Positions 1 through 8,231 are shown, numbered from the stretch's first letter. The stretch is 10,492 bases of DNA from an uncultured Acidobacteriia bacterium (GCA_903881085.1 CAIRSA010000201.1:1-10492), one strand, 5' to 3'. The notes: generated by a model not told the origin, from the sequence alone. Program-made: numbers and translations.

Positions 1-157
1 GGTTACGCGGCCTTCATCCGCAATCGAATGCAAATGCAGAAGATCGCTGTATCAAACCCAGTCCAACAGCTTTTTTTAGGCTGAAGGCTGCCAAAACTTT
101 CAAATATTTTTGGCTAGCTTTTCCATTCCCGAAGAGCCTCATAAGCTTCGCATCAAC

Positions 158-165
158 AAAAGGAA
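158..165 (+). promoter_or_regulatory. Ribosome-binding site (AAAGGA) for the phosphatase gene
   Basis: The sequence caacAAAAGGAaaacATG shows a purine-rich SD with correct spacing. The surrounding region 88-168 is AT-rich intergenic DNA. Confidence 0.45.
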
Positions 166-168
166 AAC

Positions 169-669
169 ATGAAGCCCGAACTCTTTTTGATACCAGGCCC
201 GTGGCCGGGCAACTTGGCCATTGTGACGCGCCCACGCGGTGGCGACTGGCTCGACGACGAAGCCATTGGCTGGAAGCGCGTCGGCCTAAACCTAGTCGTC
301 TCCGCGTTGGAACAAGACGAAGCCGAATCCTTACAACTGTCAGGCGAAAAAACTGCAGCAGAGTCTCACGGAATAGACTTCATCTCCTGCCCAATTCCAG
401 ATCGAAACATCCCCGGCTCTCTTAAATCTGTACTCGACACCCTCGCCAAAGTCCTATCGGCCCTAAACCAAGGCAAGAACGTCGCCGTACATTGCCGGCA
501 AGGAGTCGGCCGCTCAGGCCTTCTGGCCGCAACCGCACTGATCCTAACCGGCGTGGAAGCAAACCAAGCCGCCGCCATCGTCACCCAGGCGCGCGGCGTC
601 CCAGTCCCGGAAACCGCCGCGCAAATGGAATGGCTGCGCCACCTCACTCCCGTTTCAAATTATCCTTAA
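169..669 (+). CDS. Protein-tyrosine / dual-specificity phosphatase family protein (166 aa)
   Basis: The translation carries the catalytic P-loop VHCRQGVGRSG (HCX5R(S/T)) that defines Cys-based PTP/DSP phosphatases. An AAAGGA Shine-Dalgarno at 159-164 sits 4 nt before the ATG. An AT-rich leader precedes it and coding GC rises immediately after the start. Confidence 0.8.
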   Translation: MKPELFLIPGPWPGNLAIVTRPRGGDWLDDEAIGWKRVGLNLVVSALEQDEAESLQLSGEKTAAESHGIDFISCPIPDRNIPGSLKSVLDTLAKVLSALNQGKNVAVHCRQGVGRSGLLAATALILTGVEANQAAAIVTQARGVPVPETAAQMEWLRHLTPVSNYP

Positions 670-2446
670 TCAACCCCGCCAGCAAAATATTCACCAGCGA
701 ACTGGCCCCATCGCCACTCCCACCGCCGCCCGCCACAATCTGCGGCACCAGTGGCGTCTTGGCCTCGGCCAACGCACGACCCACTTCGATAATGGCGTAA
801 TTTCCCTGACCCACGGCATCGTTCTTCAGCTTGATCACCGAAGCCTCCGCCGTACCCACCGCCATCGTCTTCTCCGCGGTAGCATTACCTACAACCGTCA
901 ACACCTCGGCATCGGCCTTCGCGTTGATGGTCTTCGATTCCGCCTCGCCCGCGGCCTGCTTCACAATCGCCTTGGCCTTGAACTCCGAAATCTCAACCGA
1001 CCGCTCCGCCTCCACCACATGCGCCTGCGTATCAGCCTGCGCCTTGGCCTGCTCCAGACTCTTGCGCGTCTCCTGAGCCATGCGTTGCGTCTCGAAAGTG
1101 GTCTTCTCCTGCTCGGCGATCTTGCGATCCGTCAGCGTCTTCATCAGCGCTTCCGGCGGCGTAATGTCGCCGATCAGCGTATCCACCGCGACCACGTTAT
1201 ACTCCATCAAAGCCGCGCCAATCCGCATCTTCGCGTCTTCCTGCCGCTCCTTGCGCTGCCGCAAAAAGTCGATCACATCCGACCCCTGCGCCGCATTGCG
1301 GAAGTAGTTGCCGATGGTCGGCTCCAGCACCTGCGTCACCAGATTCGCCACGCTGCCAAAACGCGCAATCACCTTCGGTGCATCGTTGCGCGGAATGTGG
1401 ATGATCTGGCTTACATCCAAGTTGAACGTAAATCCATCCGACGACCGTACCGTAATCGTGCACAAATTCTTATCCAGGTTATGCGCCTCGGTCTTGCCCG
1501 TCGCCCAGTTCAAAACCACGTTAGCCGTAGGCACGCACTCCACTTTGTGTGTGTACGGATTGATCGGATACTTGCCCGGATCGAGCGGCTCCGCCCACAC
1601 GCCCTTCTGCCCGCGCCCAACCAAATTGCCGTGCTTGAACGAATCGCCCGTCATGTCCACACCCGGCAGCCCGACGAACGCAATCACCACGCCCGCGCTC
1701 GCTATCGGCACCGTAGTCATATCGCGCGACTCCACCGTCGCCAACCGTGGATTGATAAAGTACCGCCCAGCCAAAATCACCTGCTCCTGCAGACCCTTGA
1801 ACCCGCCCGCGTCGAGGAACGATTGCCCGTCCTGAAACAGGTTGTGCTTCGGCACTTCCGTCCCCGCAATATCGCCCGTCGCCAGCGGCCGCCCTTCCTT
1901 GGTCGTCACAATCCCGACCATGTTGTCCTGAATTTCCGTTACCTTTTCGAGCACCACAGTGAACAGCATCGTATTGATGCGATAAGTTCCCGGAGGAATC
2001 ACTTTGATCTGCGGTCCACGCTCGCCGCTATGCTCCAAAAACGACCGCGCGTTCTGAAACGCATCGCACTCCACCTGCCGCGCCAGCACTCGGCCATCCG
2101 ATAGCGGAATCCCATCGCGCGCCTCAACCACTCCGATGTAACCTTCAGCCACAGTGACAAACTTCTGCAGATACATGGTGTACTGCCACGGCCAGTAGCC
2201 AAAGTACAAACCCGGCGCCAGCGTATCCGCCTGAAACCCAGCCTCGCCCTTCAGCGCAATAATCTTGCCATCGGGCAGCGACTTATTCGCGCCCCATAAC
2301 ACAAATTTCTTGTTTACAATGCCGATGGAGTCTTCCGGTATAACAGCAATCCCAAGCAACCGGAAGGTCCAGCGGTAAAAAAGCAGAAAGAGGATGGCAG
2401 GAAAAAGCCACCACAAGCGTCCTATTGATTCCAGTAGTTCAGTCAT
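644..2446 (-). CDS. Flotillin-like SPFH/band-7 family membrane protein (YqiK-like, 600 aa)
   Basis: An N-terminal hydrophobic segment (LWWLFPAILFLLFYRW) is followed by a long SPFH-like region. The C-terminal Ala/Glu/Lys/Gln-rich coiled-coil (AEQEKTTFETQRMAQETRKSLEQAKAQADTQAHVVEAERS...) ends in PLVPQIVAGGGG, typical of bacterial flotillins. Its 3' end overlaps the convergent phosphatase 3' end by 26 nt (644-669). Confidence 0.85.
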   Translation of the reverse strand: MTELLESIGRLWWLFPAILFLLFYRWTFRLLGIAVIPEDSIGIVNKKFVLWGANKSLPDGKIIALKGEAGFQADTLAPGLYFGYWPWQYTMYLQKFVTVAEGYIGVVEARDGIPLSDGRVLARQVECDAFQNARSFLEHSGERGPQIKVIPPGTYRINTMLFTVVLEKVTEIQDNMVGIVTTKEGRPLATGDIAGTEVPKHNLFQDGQSFLDAGGFKGLQEQVILAGRYFINPRLATVESRDMTTVPIASAGVVIAFVGLPGVDMTGDSFKHGNLVGRGQKGVWAEPLDPGKYPINPYTHKVECVPTANVVLNWATGKTEAHNLDKNLCTITVRSSDGFTFNLDVSQIIHIPRNDAPKVIARFGSVANLVTQVLEPTIGNYFRNAAQGSDVIDFLRQRKERQEDAKMRIGAALMEYNVVAVDTLIGDITPPEALMKTLTDRKIAEQEKTTFETQRMAQETRKSLEQAKAQADTQAHVVEAERSVEISEFKAKAIVKQAAGEAESKTINAKADAEVLTVVGNATAEKTMAVGTAEASVIKLKNDAVGQGNYAIIEVGRALAEAKTPLVPQIVAGGGGSGDGASSLVNILLAGLIKDNLKRE

Positions 2447-2482
2447 GGCCAGATAGTATCAAATTACAGACCACAAATCCGA

Positions 2483-2488
2483 TACAAT
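2483..2488 (+). promoter_or_regulatory. Candidate -10 hexamer TACAAT in the divergent flotillin/yhcG intergenic region
   Basis: The hexamer sits in an AT-rich stretch of the 139-bp divergent intergenic region, 5 nt before the first in-frame ATG (2493) of the DUF1016 reading frame. No convincing -35 was found. Confidence 0.2.
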
Positions 2489-2492
2489 CGCT

Positions 2493-3326
2493 ATGCACCA
2501 GCTACTCAGCATGAAGCTCACCCCAGCTTTCGTCTCCCAAATCCGCGAGTAGATCGCCGGCGCCCGCACCACCATAGCCCGCGGCGTGGATCTTGTGCAG
2601 GTCCACTCAAACTTCGAGATCGGCCGCCGCATCGTGGAAGAGGAGCAGCGAGGCGAAGACCGCGCCGCTTATGGCCAGGAGATCATCAGGACGCTCGCGG
2701 AACGCCTTACGGAAGAGTTCGGCAGGGGCTTTTCCACCAGCAGCCTCGCCTACATGCGGACATTCTATTTGACCTACCAGGACCGGCTCCCAATTTTCCA
2801 GACACTGTCTGGAAAATCCGCAGGACCTCATGCTCGCCCTTGCTCGCTTGGATGGTCGCACTACGTCTTCCTTACCGGAATCTCCAACCCCGACGAGCGC
2901 AGCTTCTACGAAATCGAATCCCGCGAACAAAACTGGACCGTCCGCGAACTCAAACACCAATACAACGCCAGCCTCTACGAACGCCTCGCCCAACAAGGCC
3001 AACTGGTCGAAAAACCCGCTGACCTCATGAAAGAACCACTTGTCCTGGAATTCCTAGGCCTCGACGAGCGCACCCACTACTCCGAATCCGACCTCGAAAC
3101 CGCCATCATCGGCCAAATCGAAGCTTTCTTGTTGGAGGTGGGAAAAGGCTATCTATTCGAAGCACGCCGAAAACGATTCTCCTTCGACCTCGTCCTTTAC
3201 TACCGCCTCCTCCGATGCTATATTCTGCTCGACCTAAAGCTAGGTAAGCTCACCATGTGGGGCGGCCTTCAGGCTGCGCGGGACTTCAGTCCCGCTCCCC
3301 CACTAACGGCAAGCCCCGCCGCCTAA
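2493..3326 (+). pseudogene. yhcG: YhcG/DUF1016 family PDDEXK nuclease, decayed (in-frame TAG at 2550-2552; C-terminus missing)
   Basis: The longest Met-less ORF (GTG 2586..3326, 246 aa) matches the YhcG N-terminal helical domain (FEIGRRIVEEEQ..RAAYGQEII..L...GRGFS...L..MR.FYL; LGWSHY; FYEIE....NWTVREL......SLYERL). It also matches the PDDEXK core (LEFLGL..E...SE.DLE.AII..IE.FLLE.GKGYLFEARRKRF.FD......DL..Y.R.LRCY.LLDLKLGKLT). The same frame is open upstream from ATG 2493 (MHQLLSMKLTPAFVSQIRE) and is interrupted only by TAG at 2550-2552, at a position that aligns with the conserved IR.LI..AR helix of the family. After the LDLK motif only ~20 unrelated residues remain before the ORF runs into the convergent iorB-like gene, so ~70-80 C-terminal residues expected for the family are missing. 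Confidence 0.6.
2793..2817. repeat. Perfect 25-bp palindrome (12-nt arms, 1-nt centre) ATTTTCCAGACA-C-TGTCTGGAAAAT inside the DUF1016 remnant
   Basis: Read directly from the sequence: the reverse complement of 2793-2804 equals 2806-2817 exactly. It lies in the codons for PIFQTLSGK, immediately before a ~10-aa stretch (SAGPHARPCS) that departs from the family consensus. Confidence 0.9.
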
Positions 3327-5175
3327 CCCCACTCCCCGCAAACAGCGCATTCGCAATCGCCGGAGCAGGCAGCGTAATCGGCGACTCCCCCGCCCCGCAC
3401 GCCGCCACATCCCGCCGGTCAATCAACTCCACCCGCATCTCCGGCACATCCCCAAACCGCGGCACCCGGTACTGCGAAAACTTCCGCGTCACCTGCGACC
3501 GCGAATCAAACACCAGCCGCTCCCACAACGCCCCGCCGATCCCCTGCACCACGCCACCTTGCAACTGATTCTTCAAATTATCCGGATTCAGCGCCGCCCC
3601 GAAATCGCCCACCACCACAATCCGCCGCAGCGTCGCCGCGCCCTCTGTCTCCACGAACATCGCCAGCCGCGCGCCCTTCTCCAGATTGCACGCCACCCCA
3701 AACCCAATGCCCTTCCCCGCCTTGCGCTTCCCCCATCCAAACAACTTCGCCCCAGTCTCCAGCACCTCACGCAGCCTTGCATCGCTGATGTGCGCCAACC
3801 GGAACTCCAGCGGATCGCGCCCCAGCGCATGCGCCCACTCATCCATGTGCGACTCGCGCGCAAAGTTATTCCCCGTCGCCGCCAGCGCCCGATAAGATCC
3901 CTGCCGCAACGGAGACTCCGCACGCCAAAATTCATTCGACATGTCCGCAAAGTCGTAAGGCGGAACCAACCCCGGCGCACCGGCATTGTAATTGCGAAAC
4001 CGCCACGCCACCACCCGACCCGCAGAATCCACGCCGCTCTCAATTTCAATCAGCGCCGCCGGCCGCGAATACGCCACCCAGAACTCTTCCTCGCGAGTCC
4101 ATGCCAACCGCACCGGCCCGTCCACCGCACGCGCCAGTCGCGCCGCCTCCAACTCACACTCGCCGCGCTGCTTCCCGCCAAACGCCCCGCCCGGCATGTT
4201 CACAACGATCCGAACCTTGCTCTCTTCAATCCCAAACGATTTCGCCAACTCCGCCCGCACCAGAAACGGAGCCTGCTTACCGCAATTCACCGTCAACGCC
4301 CCGTCCTTCCACTGGGCAATCGCCGCGCGCGGCTCCAGCGCCGCATGCGCAATCGGCTGCATTGTGTACGAAGCGGTCAACCGCCGCGCCGACGACGACA
4401 GCCCCGCCTCCACATCGCCCCGCCGGATCAACGGCGGATACCGCACATTCTTAGCCTCCACCGGAGCAACTCCGCCCGCGCGAAACTGCTCAATCATCTT
4501 CCCCATCGCAGGCAGTGCGTCAACTTTCCAATGAGCGCGGATCAGCCCAGCAGCCCGCGCCGCCGTCCGAGCATCGTCCGCGACCACGCCCAGCAAATCG
4601 CCATCCCGCACCACCCGCACGCCCGGAATCTTCCGCGCGTCACTATCATCGAAATCCACCAGCGATGCCCGGTACCCATCGGGCCGCACAATCGACCCAT
4701 GGCGCATCCCCGCAATCCGCGCATCGGAACAATACTTCAACGCCCCGGTAACAACATCGCGCCCATGCATCGGCTTCACCGAAGTCCCCAGCACCTTCCA
4801 CGCGCCGGGCTCAGTAACCGCACGCCCCGCCACCGCCGCAGCAGCCTGCCGTACCGACGGAACCGTCTCCGGCGTCGTCAACGAAGCCCACGTGCCGCCA
4901 TCGTCAGGCACCACATCCGTATCGGCCATCGTCAGCCGAATGCTAGCCACCCCCACCCGTAGCTCTTCCGCCAACGCCTGCAGTAACAGCGTGCGTGACC
5001 CCTGCCCCATCTCAATCTTGCCCGTAAACGCCTCATACCGGCCGTCGGCCGCCAGCCGCACCCGTATCGGCGCAGCCGCGCCCTGCACCGTCACCGCCAG
5101 CAGCGCGCCCGTCCCCAGCAGCCGCAAAAAATCACGCCGCTTGTATTCCGCCAGCAATGGATCGAGATCAGTCAT
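3286..5175 (-). CDS. Molybdopterin-dependent oxidoreductase large subunit, isoquinoline 1-oxidoreductase beta (IorB)-like, Tat-exported (630 aa)
   Basis: A twin-arginine signal (MTDLDPLLAEYKRRDFLRLLGTGALLA) is followed by ...GKIEMGQGSRTLLLQALAEELRV...IRLTMADTDVVPDDGGTWAS... and a C-terminal AIANALFAGSGVRRRGLPL, characteristic of the IorB/aldehyde-oxidase (xanthine dehydrogenase) MoCo subunit family. The start is taken at ATG 5175, not the longer ORF start at 5286. The Tat motif begins there, it is preceded by GGTGGGGGA, and the 36 upstream residues are Cys/Gly-rich junk. Confidence 0.85.
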   Translation of the reverse strand: MTDLDPLLAEYKRRDFLRLLGTGALLAVTVQGAAAPIRVRLAADGRYEAFTGKIEMGQGSRTLLLQALAEELRVGVASIRLTMADTDVVPDDGGTWASLTTPETVPSVRQAAAAVAGRAVTEPGAWKVLGTSVKPMHGRDVVTGALKYCSDARIAGMRHGSIVRPDGYRASLVDFDDSDARKIPGVRVVRDGDLLGVVADDARTAARAAGLIRAHWKVDALPAMGKMIEQFRAGGVAPVEAKNVRYPPLIRRGDVEAGLSSSARRLTASYTMQPIAHAALEPRAAIAQWKDGALTVNCGKQAPFLVRAELAKSFGIEESKVRIVVNMPGGAFGGKQRGECELEAARLARAVDGPVRLAWTREEEFWVAYSRPAALIEIESGVDSAGRVVAWRFRNYNAGAPGLVPPYDFADMSNEFWRAESPLRQGSYRALAATGNNFARESHMDEWAHALGRDPLEFRLAHISDARLREVLETGAKLFGWGKRKAGKGIGFGVACNLEKGARLAMFVETEGAATLRRIVVVGDFGAALNPDNLKNQLQGGVVQGIGGALWERLVFDSRSQVTRKFSQYRVPRFGDVPEMRVELIDRRDVAACGAGESPITLPAPAIANALFAGSGVRRRGLPLVGERD

Positions 5176-5254
5176 TCCCCCACCATAATAACCACAGCAC
5201 GACAAGCCGTTACATCCCACCACTCGACATTGAATCTGCCAGCCCACATAATGA

Positions 5255-7744
5255 GTGAAGATGCGGCGAAGTTTTGTATCAGCCATCTCGCTGGTTATTG
5301 CATCCGGTTCGCTTGCGATCCTTCCAGCTCAAGTTCGCCTCGCAGGCAGAGTCACCACGGAGACCAACACCCCCGTCGCCGGAGCCAGACTTACGGCCAT
5401 CTCAAACTCGCGCCCCAGAGGTGTAGTCACCATCTCCGACCCTACCGGCGCCTTCGCTTTCTCGTTGCCCGAAGCCGGCACCTACTCCCTCAAAATCGAC
5501 CGCGAAGGCTTCTATATCCACACCGAACCCGTTGTCGCGATCGACGCCTCTAAAGCCACTCCCGAATTGCACGTCGTCCTGCAAAGCATTCACGAACTCT
5601 CCAATTCAGTGAATGTCACCGGCCGCCCCGGCTTGGTGAATATGGAAACCGCCGCCCCGCAGGAAACACTCAGCAGCCGTACCCTCTTCGACATCCCTTT
5701 CCCCAATCAAAACAGCATGCGCAGCGGCCTCCGCCTCATCCCCGGCGTCGTCCAGGATTCTACCGGCAGCATCCACCTCTTCGGCGGCTCCGAACCGCAG
5801 GCCCAGTACACGTTTGAAGGCTTCGAAATCAACGACCCGCTCACCGGCCGCCTCGATGCGCGCATGAGCATGGAATCGGTGCAGTCCATCGACGTCACTA
5901 CCCCTTCCGGAGCCGAATCCGGACGCGGCGAGGCCGGCACCATGGCCATCCACGCACGCATCGGCGATGACGAATTCAAATACTCAATCACCAGTTTTTT
6001 CCCCGGTATCGATACGGGCCGCGGCGTCAGGGTAGGCAGTTGGACGCCCCGCGGAGATTTCTCCGGGCCGTGGCTCCGCGGCAAGGCCTGGTTCGCCAGC
6101 ACCACCGAAATGCAATACACCGCAACCGAAATCCCGCAGCTACCCGCCGGGCAGGACCGCAACCGTACTTGGCGCGGCAACACTCTGCTTCATAACCAGC
6201 TCAACCTCAAGCCGCATAACAACCTCTTCATCGGGTTGCTGGTCAACTATGTGTTTGCTACGCGCAACGGTCTCACTTTTCTTGACCCTCTTTCCACCAC
6301 CGTCGATCGCCGCTCTAATCAATGGTTCGGCTACATCAAGGATCAACAAACGTTCTCTCGCGGTTCGCTCATCGAATTCGGAATCGCCGCCAGCCGTACC
6401 TTCAGCCGCGAAGTCCCGCAGGGCGATTCACCTTACAAGATCACGCCGGTAGGACGTCAAGGCAATAACTACGTCAACGCCCGCCGCCTCGGCCAGCGCC
6501 AGCAGGCTCTGACGAACTACTATCTGCCATCATTTAACTTATTCGGATCCCATCAATTCAAAGCCGGCGCTGACGCCGTACATTTGGATTACGAACAGAA
6601 CGTCCGCCGCGGTCCCATCGACTACATCGGCCTCAATGGAACCATGTTGCGGCAGGTCAATTTCCATGGCTCCGGCGTTCTCAGCCGCAATAACTTCGAA
6701 GGCTCCACTTACGCCCAGGACTCCTGGAAAATCCACGAAAAACTCCTCATAGAACTTGGCCTCCGCCTCGACCACGATACGATCCTAGGCCGCTGGAACC
6801 CCTCTCCGCGCCTCGGTTTCGCCTGGTCGCCTCCGCGTTGGGAGAGCACGCGAATCTCCGGCGGAGTCGCCTCCATCTACAACGCCACCGACCTGCGCCT
6901 GTTCACCAGGCCCCTGGATCAATACACTACCTCCACGTATTTCAATCCCGACGGCAGCACCGCCTCTGGCCCGGTCGCGTCCATCTACACCGCCGGCGTG
7001 AATGTCCGCAATCCCCGCGCAACCACCTGGAACCTGGGCGTGCAGCGGCAACTCCCCAAACAGATTCGCGCCAGCCTTCAGTTACTCCATAGAAACTCCA
7101 CCCAGGGCTTTAACTATGTGAACGACTTACTGCCAAACGGAGCAATCCCGGCGGGCCTGGGCCTGGTATCGATACCCGTCCCCATAGCCGCCATCTACCA
7201 ACTGGTCAACCAACGGCACGACACTTACAACTCCGCCGAACTCTCCCTCCGCCAGTTACTCAAGGACCGCTACGAATGGATGGTCAGTTACACCCGCAGC
7301 CGGGCCCATTCCAATGCCGTCTACGAGCACAGCATCGACCAGCCGCTGACCGTCTCAGACAACAGCGGCTCCCTTCCCTGGGACTCCCCCAACCGCCTCA
7401 TGACCTGGGGCTACACACCCCTTTGGTGGAAGAATTGGGCAGTATCCTATCTGCTGGATTGGCGTAGCGGATTCCCATTTTCCGTGCAGGACCAATACGG
7501 CCAGTTAGTCGGCACCGTCGATGCCCATAGGTTCAATCAGTTCTTCGAATTCAACTTCTACGTCGAGCACCAGTTCGCCTTGCGCGGCTACCGCCTCGCC
7601 GCCCGCGCCGGCTACAACAACGTTACTGGCCACGCAAATCCCACCATTGTCGACAATGTGGTCGGCGGTCCAACTTACTTGAAGGAATATGGCGGACTAA
7701 CCCGCTCCCTGAACTTCCGCCTGCGCTTCCTCGGAAAGCAATGA
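5255..7744 (+). CDS. TonB-dependent receptor-like outer-membrane protein with N-terminal carboxypeptidase-regulatory-like domain (829 aa)
   Basis: A signal peptide (MKMRRSFVSAISLVIASGSLAILPAQV) is followed by a CarboxypepD_reg-like beta-sandwich (LAGRVTTETNTPVAGARLTAI...TGAFAFSLPEAGTYSLKIDREGFY). A plug-like segment (RLIPGVVQDSTGSIHLFGGSEPQAQYTFEGFEINDP) comes next. The long C-terminal region is Gly/Tyr/Asn-rich and beta-barrel-like. This architecture is abundant in Acidobacteriota. It is divergent from the iorB-like gene across an 79-bp gap. Confidence 0.8.
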   Translation: MKMRRSFVSAISLVIASGSLAILPAQVRLAGRVTTETNTPVAGARLTAISNSRPRGVVTISDPTGAFAFSLPEAGTYSLKIDREGFYIHTEPVVAIDASKATPELHVVLQSIHELSNSVNVTGRPGLVNMETAAPQETLSSRTLFDIPFPNQNSMRSGLRLIPGVVQDSTGSIHLFGGSEPQAQYTFEGFEINDPLTGRLDARMSMESVQSIDVTTPSGAESGRGEAGTMAIHARIGDDEFKYSITSFFPGIDTGRGVRVGSWTPRGDFSGPWLRGKAWFASTTEMQYTATEIPQLPAGQDRNRTWRGNTLLHNQLNLKPHNNLFIGLLVNYVFATRNGLTFLDPLSTTVDRRSNQWFGYIKDQQTFSRGSLIEFGIAASRTFSREVPQGDSPYKITPVGRQGNNYVNARRLGQRQQALTNYYLPSFNLFGSHQFKAGADAVHLDYEQNVRRGPIDYIGLNGTMLRQVNFHGSGVLSRNNFEGSTYAQDSWKIHEKLLIELGLRLDHDTILGRWNPSPRLGFAWSPPRWESTRISGGVASIYNATDLRLFTRPLDQYTTSTYFNPDGSTASGPVASIYTAGVNVRNPRATTWNLGVQRQLPKQIRASLQLLHRNSTQGFNYVNDLLPNGAIPAGLGLVSIPVPIAAIYQLVNQRHDTYNSAELSLRQLLKDRYEWMVSYTRSRAHSNAVYEHSIDQPLTVSDNSGSLPWDSPNRLMTWGYTPLWWKNWAVSYLLDWRSGFPFSVQDQYGQLVGTVDAHRFNQFFEFNFYVEHQFALRGYRLAARAGYNNVTGHANPTIVDNVVGGPTYLKEYGGLTRSLNFRLRFLGKQ

Positions 7745-7907
7745 CGTTGCAGCCATCGACGTAGCGCAGGCACTCTTGCCGGCCACGGCGAGACTCAGCC
7801 CTCCTGATCTCCTGGAAAATGAGCTGAGCCAATTTCGAAATGATGAGGAACCGCTCCCTGGCGGCCGTCTGAAAAATTAGATATTGGACAGGCGATTCGC
7901 CGGTCCA

Positions 7908-7930
7908 GCTCGCTTGCGAGCGCATTTTTT
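7908..7930 (+). terminator. Candidate intrinsic terminator (GCTCGC-TT-GCGAGC then GCATTTTTT)
   Basis: A 6-bp GC-rich inverted repeat (effective 5-bp stem with a 4-nt loop) is immediately followed by a T6 run. It is oriented for + strand transcripts, ~165 nt downstream of the TBDR-like stop. Confidence 0.4.
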
Positions 7931-7982
7931 CACACCCTCTCAGCCCAGCACTTGGCCGGAGCCAAGGCAAATCCGAAAAGAA

Positions 7983-8022
7983 CTGAAAATAAGGGCATTT
8001 GAATTTTCAGCTCCTTAGGAGG
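7983..8022 (+). other. AT-rich hairpin (CTGAAAAT / ATTTTCAG, 8-bp stem, 12-nt loop) followed by consensus Shine-Dalgarno AGGAGG (8017-8022)
   Basis: Read from the sequence. AGGAGG lies 6 nt before a TTG (8029) that opens a 101-codon frame, but that product is Arg/Pro/Ser/Cys-rich low-complexity and overlaps the HEAT gene antisense, so no CDS is called. Confidence 0.3.
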
Positions 8023-8146
8023 GAGCGGTTGTCCGGGATCAATCCAAATTCCATGCATAGCGAAAATACCCGCATGACATCAGATCGTAGACTCGTCTCG
8101 ACGCCTTGTTGTCGACAGCGAGCCAAACCTCGGCACGACTCTCGGC

Positions 8147-8170
8147 GCGGCATGCCAGAGTGCATGCCGC
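8147..8170. other. GC-rich stem-loop (GCGGCATGC-CAGAGT-GCATGCCGC, 9-bp stem)
   Basis: A perfect 9-bp inverted repeat with a 6-nt loop lies ~60 nt downstream of the HEAT-protein stop on the minus strand. There is no adjacent U-tract on either strand, so it is not a canonical intrinsic terminator. It may be an RNA stability or processing element. Confidence 0.3.
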
Positions 8171-8231
8171 CACACTGCAGCAGCATGGCAAGTTCGGTTA
8201 TAGTACCGCCTATGGACAGGCCGCCGCCCGC

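Noticed and set aside
1-87. Possible 3' end of an incoming + strand gene (frame 1 open to TGA at 85-87; ...AAFIRNRMQMQKIAVSNPVQQLFLG*)
   Set aside because: It spans only 28 codons. Its GC (~48%) is lower than neighbouring coding DNA. All three frames are open at the window start, and a T7 run lies inside the putative last codons. I cannot distinguish this from intergenic sequence without the upstream context.
1019-2104. 361-aa + strand ORF
   Set aside because: It is entirely antisense to the flotillin gene. The translation is Arg/His/Leu-rich low-complexity, typical of the reverse frame of high-GC coding DNA.
3559-4962. 467-aa + strand ORF, with other + ORFs at 3686-4751
   Set aside because: It is antisense to the well-supported IorB-like CDS. 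The product is extremely Arg/Pro/His-rich with no domain-like pattern.
5402-6349. Several 60-160 aa minus-strand ORFs inside the TBDR-like gene
   Set aside because: They are fully nested antisense to an 829-aa CDS that has a signal peptide and clear domain architecture. There is no independent support.
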